Assembly: GCA_040954595.2 (NCBI GenBank)
Contig: CM082584.2
Span: forward strand, 3,910,110 to 3,974,109
Source of the DNA: Balanoglossus misakiensis
Taxonomy: Eukaryota; Animalia; Hemichordata
Length of the DNA: 64,000 nucleotides
Reading direction: 5' to 3'
Positions 13,801-26,687 of the stretch are shown here, in pieces. The position numbers and the translations under genes are program-made. The first letter of the stretch is position 1; every line of letters begins with the position of its first letter. Below the pieces are notes generated by a model. That model was given only the letters and a program-made list of their open reading frames with translations, was not told the DNA's origin and searched no databases.

Positions 13801-16800
13801 TTAATACAATGCTTCCTGTCTAGATTACATGAATGTTTTTTTATTAATCTATTTATTTTAAATTGTTTACTTTGTATTTTATGTCAAATTGATTCACTTT
13901 ATTTTATGTATTATTTATGCTTGATTTACATTGTGATTGTTTTATTTATTGTTTTGTTTTGTTTTGCTTTGTTTTTGTTCTTAACTGCCACACAAAGAGT
14001 TGCCTGAGGGGGGATGATAAAGAATAATGTTATTGGTGTTTGGTGTACACTTCAATCTTCAGAATTGGATGCAATACTAGGAGATACTCAATGTGAAATA
14101 ACAGGTAATATTATTTTACTTGAAACATTCTTATGTATTTTACTGCTGTTATATCCTTCTTAACAATAGCACAATGAAAAAATGGATTCAGATTATGATC
14201 AAAGCTGGTTCTTCATGGGGGTTTTTGTTCAAAAAAGTTTCAAACCAGCATCCCAGATACCTTTGAATTGGTCTAAAGCAATCATGAATAGACCCCCAAA
14301 AATTATCTGAAGGATTGAAGGTTTTTCAGAAAAGCCTGGTATTGATGCCATTATGTAAATCAATTAATTTGCATATTTAATCAATTTAGTTAATTAAAGA
14401 GGTAATGTTCAAGTTGTTGCACCACATTTGATAAAATTGCCTGTGATCATACAAATTGTTATTTGAGAACTAAGTTTACCCAGGATATGTGGTCTCTTGT
14501 CATAAAAGAAGCAATCTCATTGGCTAAGGCTGTTTCCTGGCTCTTGAGAATACTATGAGGTTATCGCCCCATATCACCTCTTGTTGGGCCATATTTGCCG
14601 TGAGTGTGGGTTGTGAGCTGCATCACACTATATTGTATTGTATTGTATTGTATTGTATTGTATTGCATTGTATTGTATTGTATTGTATTGTATTGTATTG
14701 TATTGTATTGCATTGCATTGCATTGCATTGCATTGCATTGCATTGCATTGCATTGCATTGCATTGTATTGTATTGCATTGCATTGCATTGCATTGCATTG
14801 TATTGTATTGTATTGTATTGTATTGTATTGTATTGTATTGTATCGTATTGTATCGTATTGTATTGTATTGTACATGTATTTTGTTGCAGACCATGAGACA
14901 ACTATCATGCATAGACTTCAAAATACTATCTTAGAGCACAGTGAAGTCTTAAATGCAGTTCTGGAATATGCGGCTGAACTGGATTGGTAAGATGATAACA
15001 AAAAAATATTTTCAAATATTTGTACTTGTGTGAATTCTATGGGATTCATCACAAAATATGTGCATTGTACAGATAGTAATTTTGAGCTATAAAGTGGCTA
15101 TTTGTAGTGTAGTAATAAAAGCCTTCTTGCAATTATTTGTAAACCAGGGTCTCTCTATCAAGAGAGATCATGAGTAAACTATAATAGTATGTACATGAAC
15201 ATGTATTGTTTTGTTAACAATTAAGTACACCGGTAGTCAGCAGAAATTGAGAGGTATATAGATTATTAAATCCAACAAGCATTTGTGTTCCTTTTCAGTC
15301 TAATATCACTGGCTGTATGCGCAAAGGAATATAACTACACACAACCAGTATTAACGCAAAACAATGTAATACACATCAGAGGTGGCAGACATCCACTACA
15401 AGAACATTGTGTCAGTCCATTTGTACCAAACGATACTCTATCTGGTGACAAAGGCAGCAAAATTAAATTCCTTACTGGTCCAAATTCAAGTGGTAAAAGT
15501 GTCTACATAAAGCAGGTAATGTACAATTCTCCCTACCTTAAATACCTAAGTGAGTGATGAAAATCTCATATGGTCAACACAATTTCAAGATGGCCGAATT
15601 TTGCCATATGTAAGCTAAAGTGATGATGGGTCATTCTGAAACTTTTTAACAGAAAAAATAACAAAATGTGAAAAAAGTTTAATGAGTTTAATATGGTAAC
15701 TGATTGCTGATTCTTGGCTGTTCTGTTTGGAATGGAAGGGGACAAGACAGAGAACAGAACAGCCACAGCCGAGAGAACAGAATAGCCAAAACTATCGTAC
15801 CAGCGCCTTACCATATGACATAGTGAAATCTGTCATGCCTTGCGTTTTGGAAAATGTTGTCCTTTAATAGAGAGGTGTCTGTAATGAAAGGTTTCACTGT
15901 ATCACAGGTGAAGCAGGCATCCGTCACGATAAAATTTAGACAGAGAAACAAACAAAACAAGCATAAAATAAATAAACAGTCATGATAAACAAAAAATAAA
16001 GAAACAACAACCACAGTCATGATAAACAACATGGTGTCTTGAATTGAGCTGCCCACTCGCGCGATCAAGCAGCTGACACAAGAAGTGGCTTATGTGACGA
16101 AGTCCCGTCTTACGCTAGCATATTGCTATAATAGTGGGAGCAGATCCTTTCTATTTTTCATCAAACTTTATGTATATGTAGTTAATAACAGATCTGGGTG
16201 TTGGTAACCTGTGTTGTGAGGGCTACTATGAAATTTTGCACATCTTAATTTTTCATGCCATTATTAAGGATGTACGCGCAGAACATAAACTGGAAACTGC
16301 ATGCGCGCGCCCTGTCTTTTTCCCATAGGATTACATTGATAATCGCTAGAAAATAAACTTCTACTATTGTCATTTTCACGAAATTTTACACATAGCTCAG
16401 TCCAGCAAATATAAATTCATTGGTCAAATAAAATATAGGGGTCACCCCGCTCTATTTTGAGATAAATTGCATTAAAAATTTTGCCCATAGACAAACCATT
16501 GGTGAAAAATGCTGAGTCAGCAGATTTCTTCTATTATCGACTAAATTCATGGCTCTGTATTTCAAAAACAAGCGCGGTGACCCCTATATTTTATTACGGA
16601 TTTTAATTATACATACAAAGGAGAATCCAAAAATCCACAATTAAAAAAAATGACAATACTTTCAATTTTACTGAATGTACATCCTTAACATAACCTACAT
16701 TTTGACAGGTTGGTCTGATTGTATTTCTGGCTCATATTGGGAGTTTTGTACCAGCCGAGTCTGCCCACATTTGTATGCTGGATAGAATCTTTACCAGGAT

Positions 16801-19782
16801 TCATTCCAGGGAATCTGTCACCACTGGCCTCTCCACATTCCTTATTGATCTCAATCAGGTGAGAATGTTACAAGATATTAGGTTTTATTAAGGGTGTGAC
16901 GATCGTTTTATGCGCATGTGCCAAACCAGAGACTCTCAAATTTGTATACAGTCAATGCCATAATTAAGGCAATGTGCTGTCCTAACAACATACAAGATGG
17001 TGGCGACCATAGTTTGTGACGGAGACCAGGAAGGACAGCAAAGTGGGTGAAAAGAAGAGACAAAACTAGAGTCTACTTGTATGATATGCATGAAATATAG
17101 AAGGAAGCGAAGGTAGTCCACTATTTGAATGCGTCAAACGCAAAATTTGCAGAACAATTCGATTGGACATAATGTTTGTACACACGACATTACGCACATG
17201 CACATAAAATCGATCGACAGCCTTTAACAGCTCGTGTATATTTCCACTCATGTATATATCATAATTGGATTCATCAGCCAACAGATGAAAAAGCTCAGTT
17301 GTAGAATTCATTCACCCACCATTCCTGGATAATATACAATAAAGAAGCTAGAGAAAGTAAATTATAAACTCTTTGAAACAATGAAATTTTACACCAAAAT
17401 ATAGAAATTCAGTTGAACAATATCTGAAAAAATTGTTTCTGTAGGATGTGCACGATAATAGTAAAGATTTATAAAAAACTTTGTCTATAGTAAAACGGGT
17501 TATTTTTTCGTCAGAAAATTTTCGCTCTATCAAAAGAGGTAATTGGTTACATGAGTATTAATTTTTGTTCTCACTAACTGCATCGTTATCTCTGAAAAAT
17601 ATTTTACACTACTTTTTATCTTCACATTGTTTTGGCTCGCGTATTTCGCGAAATTTATTATTCGCGAAAATAACCAGTTTTACAGTATTCTTTTATAAAT
17701 TTAATTATGTTATATTCTATTGCTGCTGTTGCTGGTTTCAAAAACATATAATAATTTTTTTATAGATTTGTGTGGCATTAAAGTATGCAGGTCAGCGTTC
17801 ATTGGTGTTGCTGGATGAGTTTGGAAAGGGTACACAGACAATGGATGGAATAGCCTTACTATGTGGCTGTTTACAGCATTGGATAAACCAGGCCAAGAAT
17901 TGTCCTCATGTCTTGGTATCTTCTCATTTCCATACCATTGTACATCAACATCTGCTGTCAAGGTCATCCATCATTCAATTTCAGGTCAGTCAATCTTTGC
18001 ATCTCCTGTTTTAGTGTCGCTATATTCAAACTGGAATGTTCACATGAAACAAAATTAGAAGACATCAACTTGTGATGGCCGCTAGCTCTCATTAAAGTAG
18101 TATATGCTTCGGAAATCAAAGTCAAAGACTTTTCTCATATTTTGCTGAAGTATTCTCTCTTAAAGGTTGAGAATAGAAATTTAAGGCCCACCTTGCAGAA
18201 TTTTGAATGATCAGAGAAAAAAATTGTCTCAAATTTGAAATTCAAAATGGCCGCACCAGTCTCTGTGTTTACTCTATGAAAAATATTTAAAATACTGATT
18301 ATTATGAAAACAAGACGGCAAACACTCTCTTTTCTTCTTTGTTTTCAAAAAGACTCCTCACACGCTTTAGCAAAGAATTAAAATGAATGGAGGACTGTCA
18401 TATTTCTGATCATCTTTCCCCACGGCGCATCCTACCTTAATTATTTTATTCCTCTCTGATAGATGATGGAAGTTTTGGAAGACAAGGATGAATTGGTGTC
18501 CCTCTATCAATTAATTGATGGCCATAATAGCAGCAGTTATGCCCACCATGTTGCCAAAGTTGCTGGATTGCCGACCAAGATACTGGTCAGAGCTCAAGAG
18601 GTCATTTTCAATTATTCTTTATTTCATGCAGTGATCTTTAACCCTTTCACCCCCAGTATTCACTATAGAGGTCTTACTCATACCATAGAAAAGAAGGGTC
18701 AAAATGCAGTTTTATACTGTTCTGAGTCTGCATAGGCAAACCATGGTATGTTTGTGTGAATAGGAACATCCTTACTTTAAAGCACCTATAGCTGTCAAAT
18801 TTCAAATATTTTTTCCACACAAAAAAACATCAAATATATTGCGTATCCTCTAAAATCTTCACCATTAACCCGTATATATATATTGAGGCTGATTAAATTG
18901 GTGCGGCACCTGTTTAATGCATAGTGTGTTCAAATTGCAACATGCAGTCACAATCAGGCATCGATAAGGTTTTCATGTATACCTATCAGTATGCTTATTT
19001 AGATGGACCAATTTTAAGTTGGAAAATAAAATCATGAAAATAATGCGAAAAGTGTCAGCTCTAGAGGCTTTAAAATATCCTTTGGTGGCACAAGACTACA
19101 GATAACGTGATTGACAAGCACTGTCTTGTGCACACTCTAAGATTATACACACAACATGAGTGATTTCAAGGAATGATTTTGTATACGAAAAATTAAGATA
19201 TTTTTCAAAGGTACAGGACTTATGGTGATGCATATTTTTTTTTATTTGTCAAGAACAAATGTCATGACAACAAGTTTGTTAGAAGGCACACTGACTGATG
19301 TGGTGTGCTCATTTGAAGAGTTTGGACAGATACAGACTTACTGTAAAACGGGTTATTTTTGCGACAGGAAATTTTCACAATATCAAAGGAGGCAACTGTT
19401 ACGAGAGAATTAAATTTTCGCGTTCTATTATTTTTACTGGATAGTTATCTCCGAAAAACGTTTTACGTGACTTTTTATTTTCACATTTTCTTGGCTCTAA
19501 TGTATTTCACGAAAATTTATTTCTCGCGGAAATAACCCGTTTTACAGTATTCATCCTCAGCTTGCTACAGTGATTCATGAACATGTGACTATCGTTTGGT
19601 GATTACAGGTCTGGTCGTTGCTTCAACAGAAGAAAGCAATACACATTCCGCATGTATCCAATGATGACAAGAAGAAGAGCTATGAAGCAGTTGTTCGACA
19701 ATTTCTGAACTTGAATTTTGAGAAAGATAATCTGCAATCGTTTCTTAATCAATTGATTATCATTGTTTCTCAGAAAACATAA
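7896..19782 (+). CDS. MSH5: MutS homolog 5, copy A, 3' 15 exons
   Basis: GT-AG exons 7896-7941, 8782-8920, 9341-9403, 9532-9603, 10598-10654, 11427-11499, 11858-12048, 13261-13306, 14063-14104, 14890-14986, 15299-15515, 16709-16858, 17766-17984, 18463-18600, 19609-19782 join in frame. Motifs: Walker [34 protein letters not shown], Walker [26 protein letters not shown]. Confidence 0.92.
8407..8492. mobile_element. piggyBac-like mini-MITE
   Basis: TTAA|CCCTTTCACC...GGTGAAAGGG|TTAA; relatives near 18640, 42876 and 55040. Confidence 0.65.
10723..11045. mobile_element. Harbinger-like MITE shared by units (paralog 45516-45794)
   Basis: TIR GGCCAAAATAAAAAATATGTGCTGTTCCGATTAC; TAA flanks clear in copy B. 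Confidence 0.6.
12146..12332. mobile_element. Kolobok-like MITE of about 190 bp (also 30256-30447, 47180-47364, partial near 20262)
   Basis: TTAA|AGG(G/T)ATACAGTCACC...GGTGACTGTATACCT|TTAA. Confidence 0.75.
12803..13196. mobile_element. Copy-A-specific insertion with long internal hairpin (Crypton-like non-autonomous, tentative)
   Basis: Imperfect palindrome 12824-12949; absent near 47825. Boundaries approximate. Confidence 0.55.
14630..14871. repeat. Compound (TATTG/CATTG)n microsatellite
   Basis: Read directly; the paralog at 50545-50603 is a short pure TATTG run. Confidence 0.97.
16268..16684. mobile_element. Kolobok-like MITE, copy-A-specific
   Basis: TTAA|GGATGTAC...GTACATCC|TTAA; missing near 53010. 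Confidence 0.75.
18096..18436. mobile_element. Old Kolobok-like MITE shared by units (paralog about 54388-54734)
   Basis: TTAA|AGTAGTATATGC...GCATCCTACC|TTAA, degenerate TIRs. Confidence 0.5.
19341..19546. mobile_element. TA-flanked MITE (Tc1/mariner-type); relatives near 17487-17685, 53797-53975, 55372-55578
   Basis: TA|CTGTAAAACGGGTTATTT...AAATAACCCGTTTTACAG|TA. Confidence 0.7.
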
Positions 19783-21819
19783 ATTTTGATATAAAGTTTT
19801 ACCCAAGGAAATCTGTTAAAGGATGAAGTCATCAGATCCTTATCTCCACATCTGTGCTCATAAACGATGCATTTTACCATGAACATTTTAGTGTGATAAA
19901 ATCAGAATACACATGTACCTGGAAAATCTAAGTATATAATGCAGAGTTCATCAATGTAAACGAATGCATCCAATTGTGAATCTCGCAGATGCCCTTTGTT
20001 CATTGTTTAACAGGAGTTTGGTATTTGAAAATGTTGCTTGTAAAATATACCACTCTCTGTGTAGTGTTTTCATAAGTACTGAAATAAAGTACATAGAAAC
20101 TATCGAAGTACACAATAAAAAAATACTGTTTTAACCACTGTTTGGGGTTGTATACGCATGCATGATACAAGGTCCATCACACGAATACCACACTTCCATT
20201 CACCAGAATTGTAATCAGTGTAATCGCACTCCTTTTTATGCAAAACTCAAATGATCCTTTAAAGGTATACGGTCACCTCTAATTTACATACACCCATTTT
20301 CCGGGGCGGTATGTCAGAAATGGCATATTTGAATGTTTTAAAGAACATATGGTGGCGCTCTTTTTTCGTATGTGCACCCACTAAAAAACTGTGACTGGCT
20401 AGATCTCAAATTGCCATGACAATGAGAGGCTCCATTTGTTCCCATGTCAGTTTTTAATTATAATATCCTCCGGCCTTCATTGCAAAATGCATTGTAGGAG
20501 CAAGCCAGTCTTAATTTTTGGGTCCCATTGGTATGTACCATGGGACCTTATGGGATCGGTTGCGTCTGTATGTATGTATGTATGGATGGATGGATGTATG
20601 TCTGTATGTCCGTCCACATAAAAAACTTGAAAACCACTGCATGTATCACCTTGATATTTGGTGTGCTGATGCAGGCTGGGCTGTAGATGGGAGTTTGTTC
20701 AAATGAAGTTGTCATTGCCAAAAATATGCAAATTAGCTGGAAAAATGTGAATTTGGGCAAAACTCAGTAACTCAAGAAGTACTGGTCAGATTGCTTTGCA
20801 AAGTGGTGTGTATTTACTTTATTGAGTTGTTTTAATTAGGCAGGAAGTTCCCTGGTGTGATTGATTTACACAGCAAATTCCTGAATGATTACATAACTGG
20901 CTAAGTTTTAAAGAGGCCAGCTGTTCTATTCAGTGTATGTACAAGTACATATGCCATTGGCAGCTTATGGGTCAGTCAGTGCTTGCCCATTGATCTCTCG
21001 CTATGTGTGTGTGTCTGTCTGTCTGTCTGTCTGTATATGGCCATGTACTCCAGTGTAGACTTTTTCTTGTGTAATAACTCAATGGGACCACCGTGTCCTT
21101 GACGCGATTTTGATGATTATCTGTTGAATTCAGGTTGATATTTACTTTCTTTACAAATAGATGACAAAAGTTTGCTATGTGGATAAGCTTTTGCAGTGTT
21201 TTTACTAAGGTTGGGAAACATTGGTTTTATATGAAGGGGAACATTACGGTATTAGAAGTAGACTGGAAAGGTCGGTTACTGCAACTCACGGATGATCACG
21301 AGAGTGAGAGAGGGGGTGGAGTGCCCTCAAAACGACATGTCTCTCAGTCAGACCAAGCAACCAAGCAAGGATTGTTGCTTCAATCAAGTACCATATAAAA
21401 CAGGTGTGTCTTTTTAAGGAATTTTACTCTAGAAAGACTTCTTTCAGGTAGTCATCACAAATGTCAAACAGGGCTTGGTTGAGATTTGAATCAACCAATT
21501 TTGATTATCCATCTTTTTTTCAACGCCATGTTGTGCATTGCTTTGGATAAGTTGTAAGAACTTTGAAAATGTTTAAATGTTCTTTCATATATTGTTGATT
21601 TCAGTGACTGACATTTTGTAGTCATGGAGCTTTATATGTGTTTTTATGTTGACAAAAAACATCCAAGAATTTTATGACAAAATAAAATGATACAGTTCAT
21701 TACAGGTGTTTTGCTCATGTATGTGGATGTATGTGTGTATGTGATGAAGACAATTCGATGGTCATAATATAATGAAAAAAACAACAACAGAATGACGTTA
21801 TGTAAAAACTTGAATGATA

Positions 21820-22250
21820 AGGGTTCAGCAATTGTTTGGGGGGGGGGGGTCACTTAAATTTTGAAATCCAAAAGGGGGGGTCATCTTTTTTGTTTTTAAA
21901 TGTTTAGGGGGGTCACATACTTTTGCCACCGAACTTTTGCTCGGACACCCCCTCCCACACCACCCCCTTCATTCTTTGCCACATCTAGTGTACCAGGACA
22001 GAGTTCTTGCCACCCCACCCCACCGATGCTTACTATGAGTGGAGTGGCAAAAGTAAAATTGGTCCTCCAAGCATTTAGTTAATTTGCTTTTGAGTTCATT
22101 AAAATGCAACTTTTAGCTCCATATTTTACAAAATTTTCTTTCCCACCCCCTTCATTCTTCACCACATCTACCCAGGGCGGAGTACTTGCCACCCCCCCCC
22201 CCACCCATCCATGCTAACTTAGAGTGCCTAAAGTAAAATTAAATTAAAGT
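21820..22250. mobile_element. Degenerate Harbinger family-1 fragment in the inter-unit spacer (paralog about 56590-57010)
   Basis: Internal sequence matches 51340-52060; intact TIRs are lacking. Confidence 0.65.
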
Positions 22251-22379
22251 TCACCTTATATATATCAATAATAGCGAAAACAGAAAGCTTATGTTGAAAA
22301 TTTTATCGTAAAAACGTACAGTCCCTTTGAAAATATAGCACCATTAGATTATACTCCCCATTCCTTGAATAGGCTAATC

Positions 22380-22601
22380 CACATTACGTCATTACTAAAT
22401 TTAGAAAGAACGAGAACTCCCTCTACGTCATTGTAAATTTGCAGACCAATTGTTCAATTCGGGGTAAATGACCTTTGATTTCTTTGAACAGCTACGTCAA
22501 ATCTTCCATTTACAGCAAGGATTTGGTAATCGCGGCCACTGGGTCCAAAGTTTAGGCAGTTAACACCATCTTTGGCATGTAGTTGTTTGCTTTCACGAAA
22601 G
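22380..22601 (+). promoter_or_regulatory. Probable MSH5-B promoter and non-coding first exon
   Basis: Three CRE-like YTACGTCA motifs (22384, 22423, 22492), CCAAT, a MYB-like CAGTTA, local CpG enrichment and a strong AAG|gtgagt donor at 22602. Almost invariant in copy C. Confidence 0.55.
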
Positions 22602-25600
22602 GTGAGTTTAGGTAGGCGCGGAACGGGACGTTTTGTATTGTACTCCATAGGAAATGCGATAGTGACAGGCATCGGCCATTGTGACCTCCATGGTTCATGA
22701 TCAAAGCAGAAGAATTTTGGATCGCGCGAAGGCTGTTTTGCTAATTGCTAACCATTGATGACTCAAGTCTCCAATGTTCTAAAGATTGTAGTCGAGCTAA
22801 AAAAAAAAAAAGATCCGATTGAGCGGACGATGGTCTTGCCACCAAAACAACAATTCTCCCAGGCTCCTGATTCGTATTCGCATGCATTGAGGTTCCTTCT
22901 GTAGTCAGTAGCTCTCTGCGTGGCATGGGATGTGTGTCTTCCGGCGATGCTTCGAAACATCTCCGCGCCGTTTAGACAAACAGCCCCGCCACACAGAACT
23001 ATTTCTGTGGTACCTCCATGCGTTGGGCTAGCCTCCACCACATGGAAAGCAAGATGGGTCTGTGACCAGCAGGGGTACTCCATTATGGGGTGAGATCCCC
23101 GCCAAAATAGATTAATATTCTGATTTATTTGCTTGTTATTTATCATCATGTTTTTGCAATTTATTGCAGTTGTTTGATTATTTCAGTTTATTTTATCATT
23201 AAATTTTTTTTACAATATTTTTCGATCTCGTTCAGTAGTATTTTTCTTTTTCTTTTATCACAGTTTATCATTCAAATAATTTACATGATTTATTTTATTA
23301 TTTCTACGACTTCATTAAAGTTGACTTTTTACAAATTTAACTTCTTTTTGCATGAGTATCAGGCAAATTATTTTCTCAATTCGTCATTTCATCCGTTCAG
23401 TCATTATTTTTCGTTTCATTTCAGTTTTTCATTCAAATAATTTGCATGATTTTTTTCATTGTTTCAATAAAGTTGATTGTTTAAGCATCTAATTTCTGTA
23501 TATCCTTACAATATGAAATTGTGTGTACTCAAATTACTGTTTCACCAATTACCATGTCTAAAATTTTTACAACTGGCTTTCTGGCTTTGACTACCCCCCC
23601 CCCCCCCCCCCCCTCCGTCCATATTTCTTACATATTTGCAGAATAAAAAAAGCCTATTTCAAATGTCCTCATAGTCAACCCATTCTCAGGTTTTGTTTCT
23701 AACAACTTCAGAAATTACATGCTTTGCACAGCTGTGTGACTGTCCTTCAAAGATGCTATGAGAACAAAAACCCAAATTTTCTTTTATAATCCAAGTTTAA
23801 GCAGTTTTCTTGAATCCCTATATTATTTCTTTAGAGTCGCTGTAAGGTACAGTTGTTTGACAGTGCTCTGTACCTCCACCCCAGAAAAACGACTGTAGGC
23901 AGTGAGTCATTTTAGTCTGCATCATCAAAGAAATAAAGTCACGCCACACTTCCTATAGTCCTTTTTCTGCAGTGGAGGTGTGAATTGCATACAAACGACT
24001 GTACCTTACAGTCTATATGCAGAATGTCCAGTGTCCAGTACAGAACAAATGAATGATCAAACTCGCATCTCTATAGGAGTACCTTTGTATTTATCACACG
24101 TGTAAAATCAAATCAAAATGTAAAAAAACTGAACTTTGTGTGGCTTACTGGGAAAAATAGTTCAAAGATATCTGTAGTGCTGGCCAAATATTTGTGTTCC
24201 TACCAGAAAATTACGTACATGTATATGGAATCCAGGTCTGGTGGCGTCTTAAAATAAAAGTGCTTAGGAAGGCCATTGTACTGGTATTGCTTCAATGTAG
24301 GTACATGTATATTATGAATGAACATTTTCACTCAAAAAGTCAAGAACACCGATAGGTGATGATGTCATTATCAAGTGTTTTAGAAATAGTAAAGAAAATC
24401 CTGCCTGCCCCCTCCCCCTCCTCGCCTCCCATGTGGCACCCACCATATATCAACCATTACTTCAAAATTCAAAGCAGTCACGCACTGAATACAAATGTCA
24501 ATGATACCATGATTGATCATTTGAATTGTTTACTTGTCCATTAGCTCATCATCAACTGCCAAAAAGTGTTTGGATGTAGAAACAAGTCTTTTTCTGCAAT
24601 AACCCTGATTAATATTGCAAGATAGGTGCCTGTGTCTTTCTGCAAAATCAGTACATGTTCTTGTATAGGGAATTAGCTTGGAGATGTATTAGACTGGTGA
24701 GAGTGTGTGTGTGTGTGTGTGTGGGGGGGGGGTGATGATAGTAAAGTTGAAATCATCTTCAACAGTTTTTTACTGCAACATTTTGGTATCATGTCTACCT
24801 TTTTCTCTCATTTGGCTATGGTGACTTATTCACAAATAAGATATTTTCTATCATTTTTGTTTTTTAATACATTTCCATGTAATACATGTATCTATGTGTC
24901 ATTTATTGTTCTCTCTTGATTTTTTTCCCTACATTTATTTCTGTTTTTCATGTTAAAGTACAGTCCTTTTCCATTTTATCTGTTATTCTTTCGAACTTTT
25001 TAGGGTTTTTCCAAATTTTAACAATATTCTACTCTCCTGTAACTTCCTCTATTCTTTGTGAAGTCGTGTTATTTTCAAAACTGTCCGTGGTATCATGCAC
25101 TAGGCTGTTTTCTCTTTTAGTGTACAAAAAGTTTGGCAAATACCATTATTCTCTTAAAAACTGAAAGTGGTTGTCTGCTCATCTCACCATGTACAGCAAA
25201 TAAAGATCCTGATTGGTTAAATTGAAATATCTTTTATACCTTGAGATTATATTTCCCAATTCCCCAAATTTCACATCCACATTTTAGTATAAGTTGCTTA
25301 CTTTTGACATCATTTTGATCGTATTAGTTTCTTTTGATAGATGAATTATGTTGTTTGCTGAAAAATGGAAAAATCACTGCTTGTTACAAGTCACATTCCG
25401 TATAAACTAGTCTCATCATTGTAAACCACAATCTTTTAATGGCAACACGTAGTTTCTGCGTTACGAGCCAGAGGTAGATGACTATGGCCCGTGAGAATGA
25501 CCCTGTATATAGATTATTCACTGCTATTTTGGTTTTTGCCTAAAATTAAGAGACGGAAGTATTCATTTGTTATTTCAAGTCCATTTTACAGGCCATGATC

Positions 25601-26110
25601 TGAGCGGTGGCAAAAGGTCATTAGACATATTCAAGCAGAACTACATAAATAATTTATCATAAGAATAAAATAATCAGAATAATGTCAAAAGTGGGTGACT
25701 TTGTTCCTTTTATCACAACATTGTTATCCATTCATGATTCTAAATGTTTGGACAAACTTACAATCTGCTGAGTACAACAGAATGCTTTTAATTTTTCAAT
25801 TCTTTAACATTTCTCTAGCTAAGTCCATTTTTTCCCATCAGATTAAAATTCTATATCTAAACTTTTAACCATTTCCAATTCCAGTTTTTGGTTCATTATT
25901 ATATAAATTGCCATTGGTCTTGGTTTAATTGCATGTTTTTTAAGTCAAAAATATTTTTTTAAACAGTTGCTTTAAAATTGTGACTGGGCTGGATGATTAA
26001 CTTGATATATCTTTGGCTGCAACTGAAAAATGAATGTACCAAACATGATGACACTACAGTAAATGATATTGTAATAGCTCTTGTCTCAGGCTGTGTAAGG
26101 CGGGCATTAA

Positions 26111-26381
26111 AGGGACAAAGTCTCTCTCTCGCTGCCCCTTTTCCATTAATTATGTTCAGTACAAGACCCTGTTAATGTTATTCTTCATGTCGCCAAAATG
26201 AATAATCGGTCTCTACCATTTATTCAATTTGGCGAGATTTTCACTCTCATATCCAACAAATGGGATGGAAGTTATGTGTAGTCGAAGTTGATTCACTATA
26301 TATCCACATGAACATTAACGTAAACGGTGTCTTGTATCAAACATAATTAATGGGAAAAGGGCAGCAAGAGACTTTGTCCCT
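26111..26381. mobile_element. Kolobok-like MITE, absent in copy C (relatives near 11538 and 46287)
   Basis: TTAA|AGGGACAAAGTCTC...GAGACTTTGTCCCT|TTAA; single TTAA at the empty site near 62483. Confidence 0.8.
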
Positions 26382-26687
26382 TTAATAAAATATCTTTGTT
26401 TTGCCACCTGTTTGCTGTTCATTTTTTAAAGAGAAAATGAAATGCAGAATGCTGTAGAATAAAAAAAAAAAAGATATTTTCCAAACCGTTGACCATGTAC
26501 TAGTAACCAATGAGAAACTGGGTTTATGTACTTACATATACACTTGTATTTCCGTGTTTATTCAATTGTTGGCTGGGTAAGATTAGGGAAAATTGCTGAT
26601 AGCTAACAAAGGATTTTATTTAATATGTGATCTCTTTTTTTCTGAATACCCATACCATTAACACAATACATTTTCCATATTTAGACA

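Noticed and set aside
14555-14990. Six overlapping ORFs with YCIVL/NTIQY repeats
   Set aside because: Translations of the TATTG/CATTG microsatellite; only 14890-14986 is a real exon.
22600-23149. Telomerase RNA, 7SK, SRP, RNase P/MRP, or a 128-aa minus-strand protein
   Set aside because: No CCCUAA template or diagnostic conserved regions recognised; the ORF is frameshifted in the paralog by a 2-nt indel.
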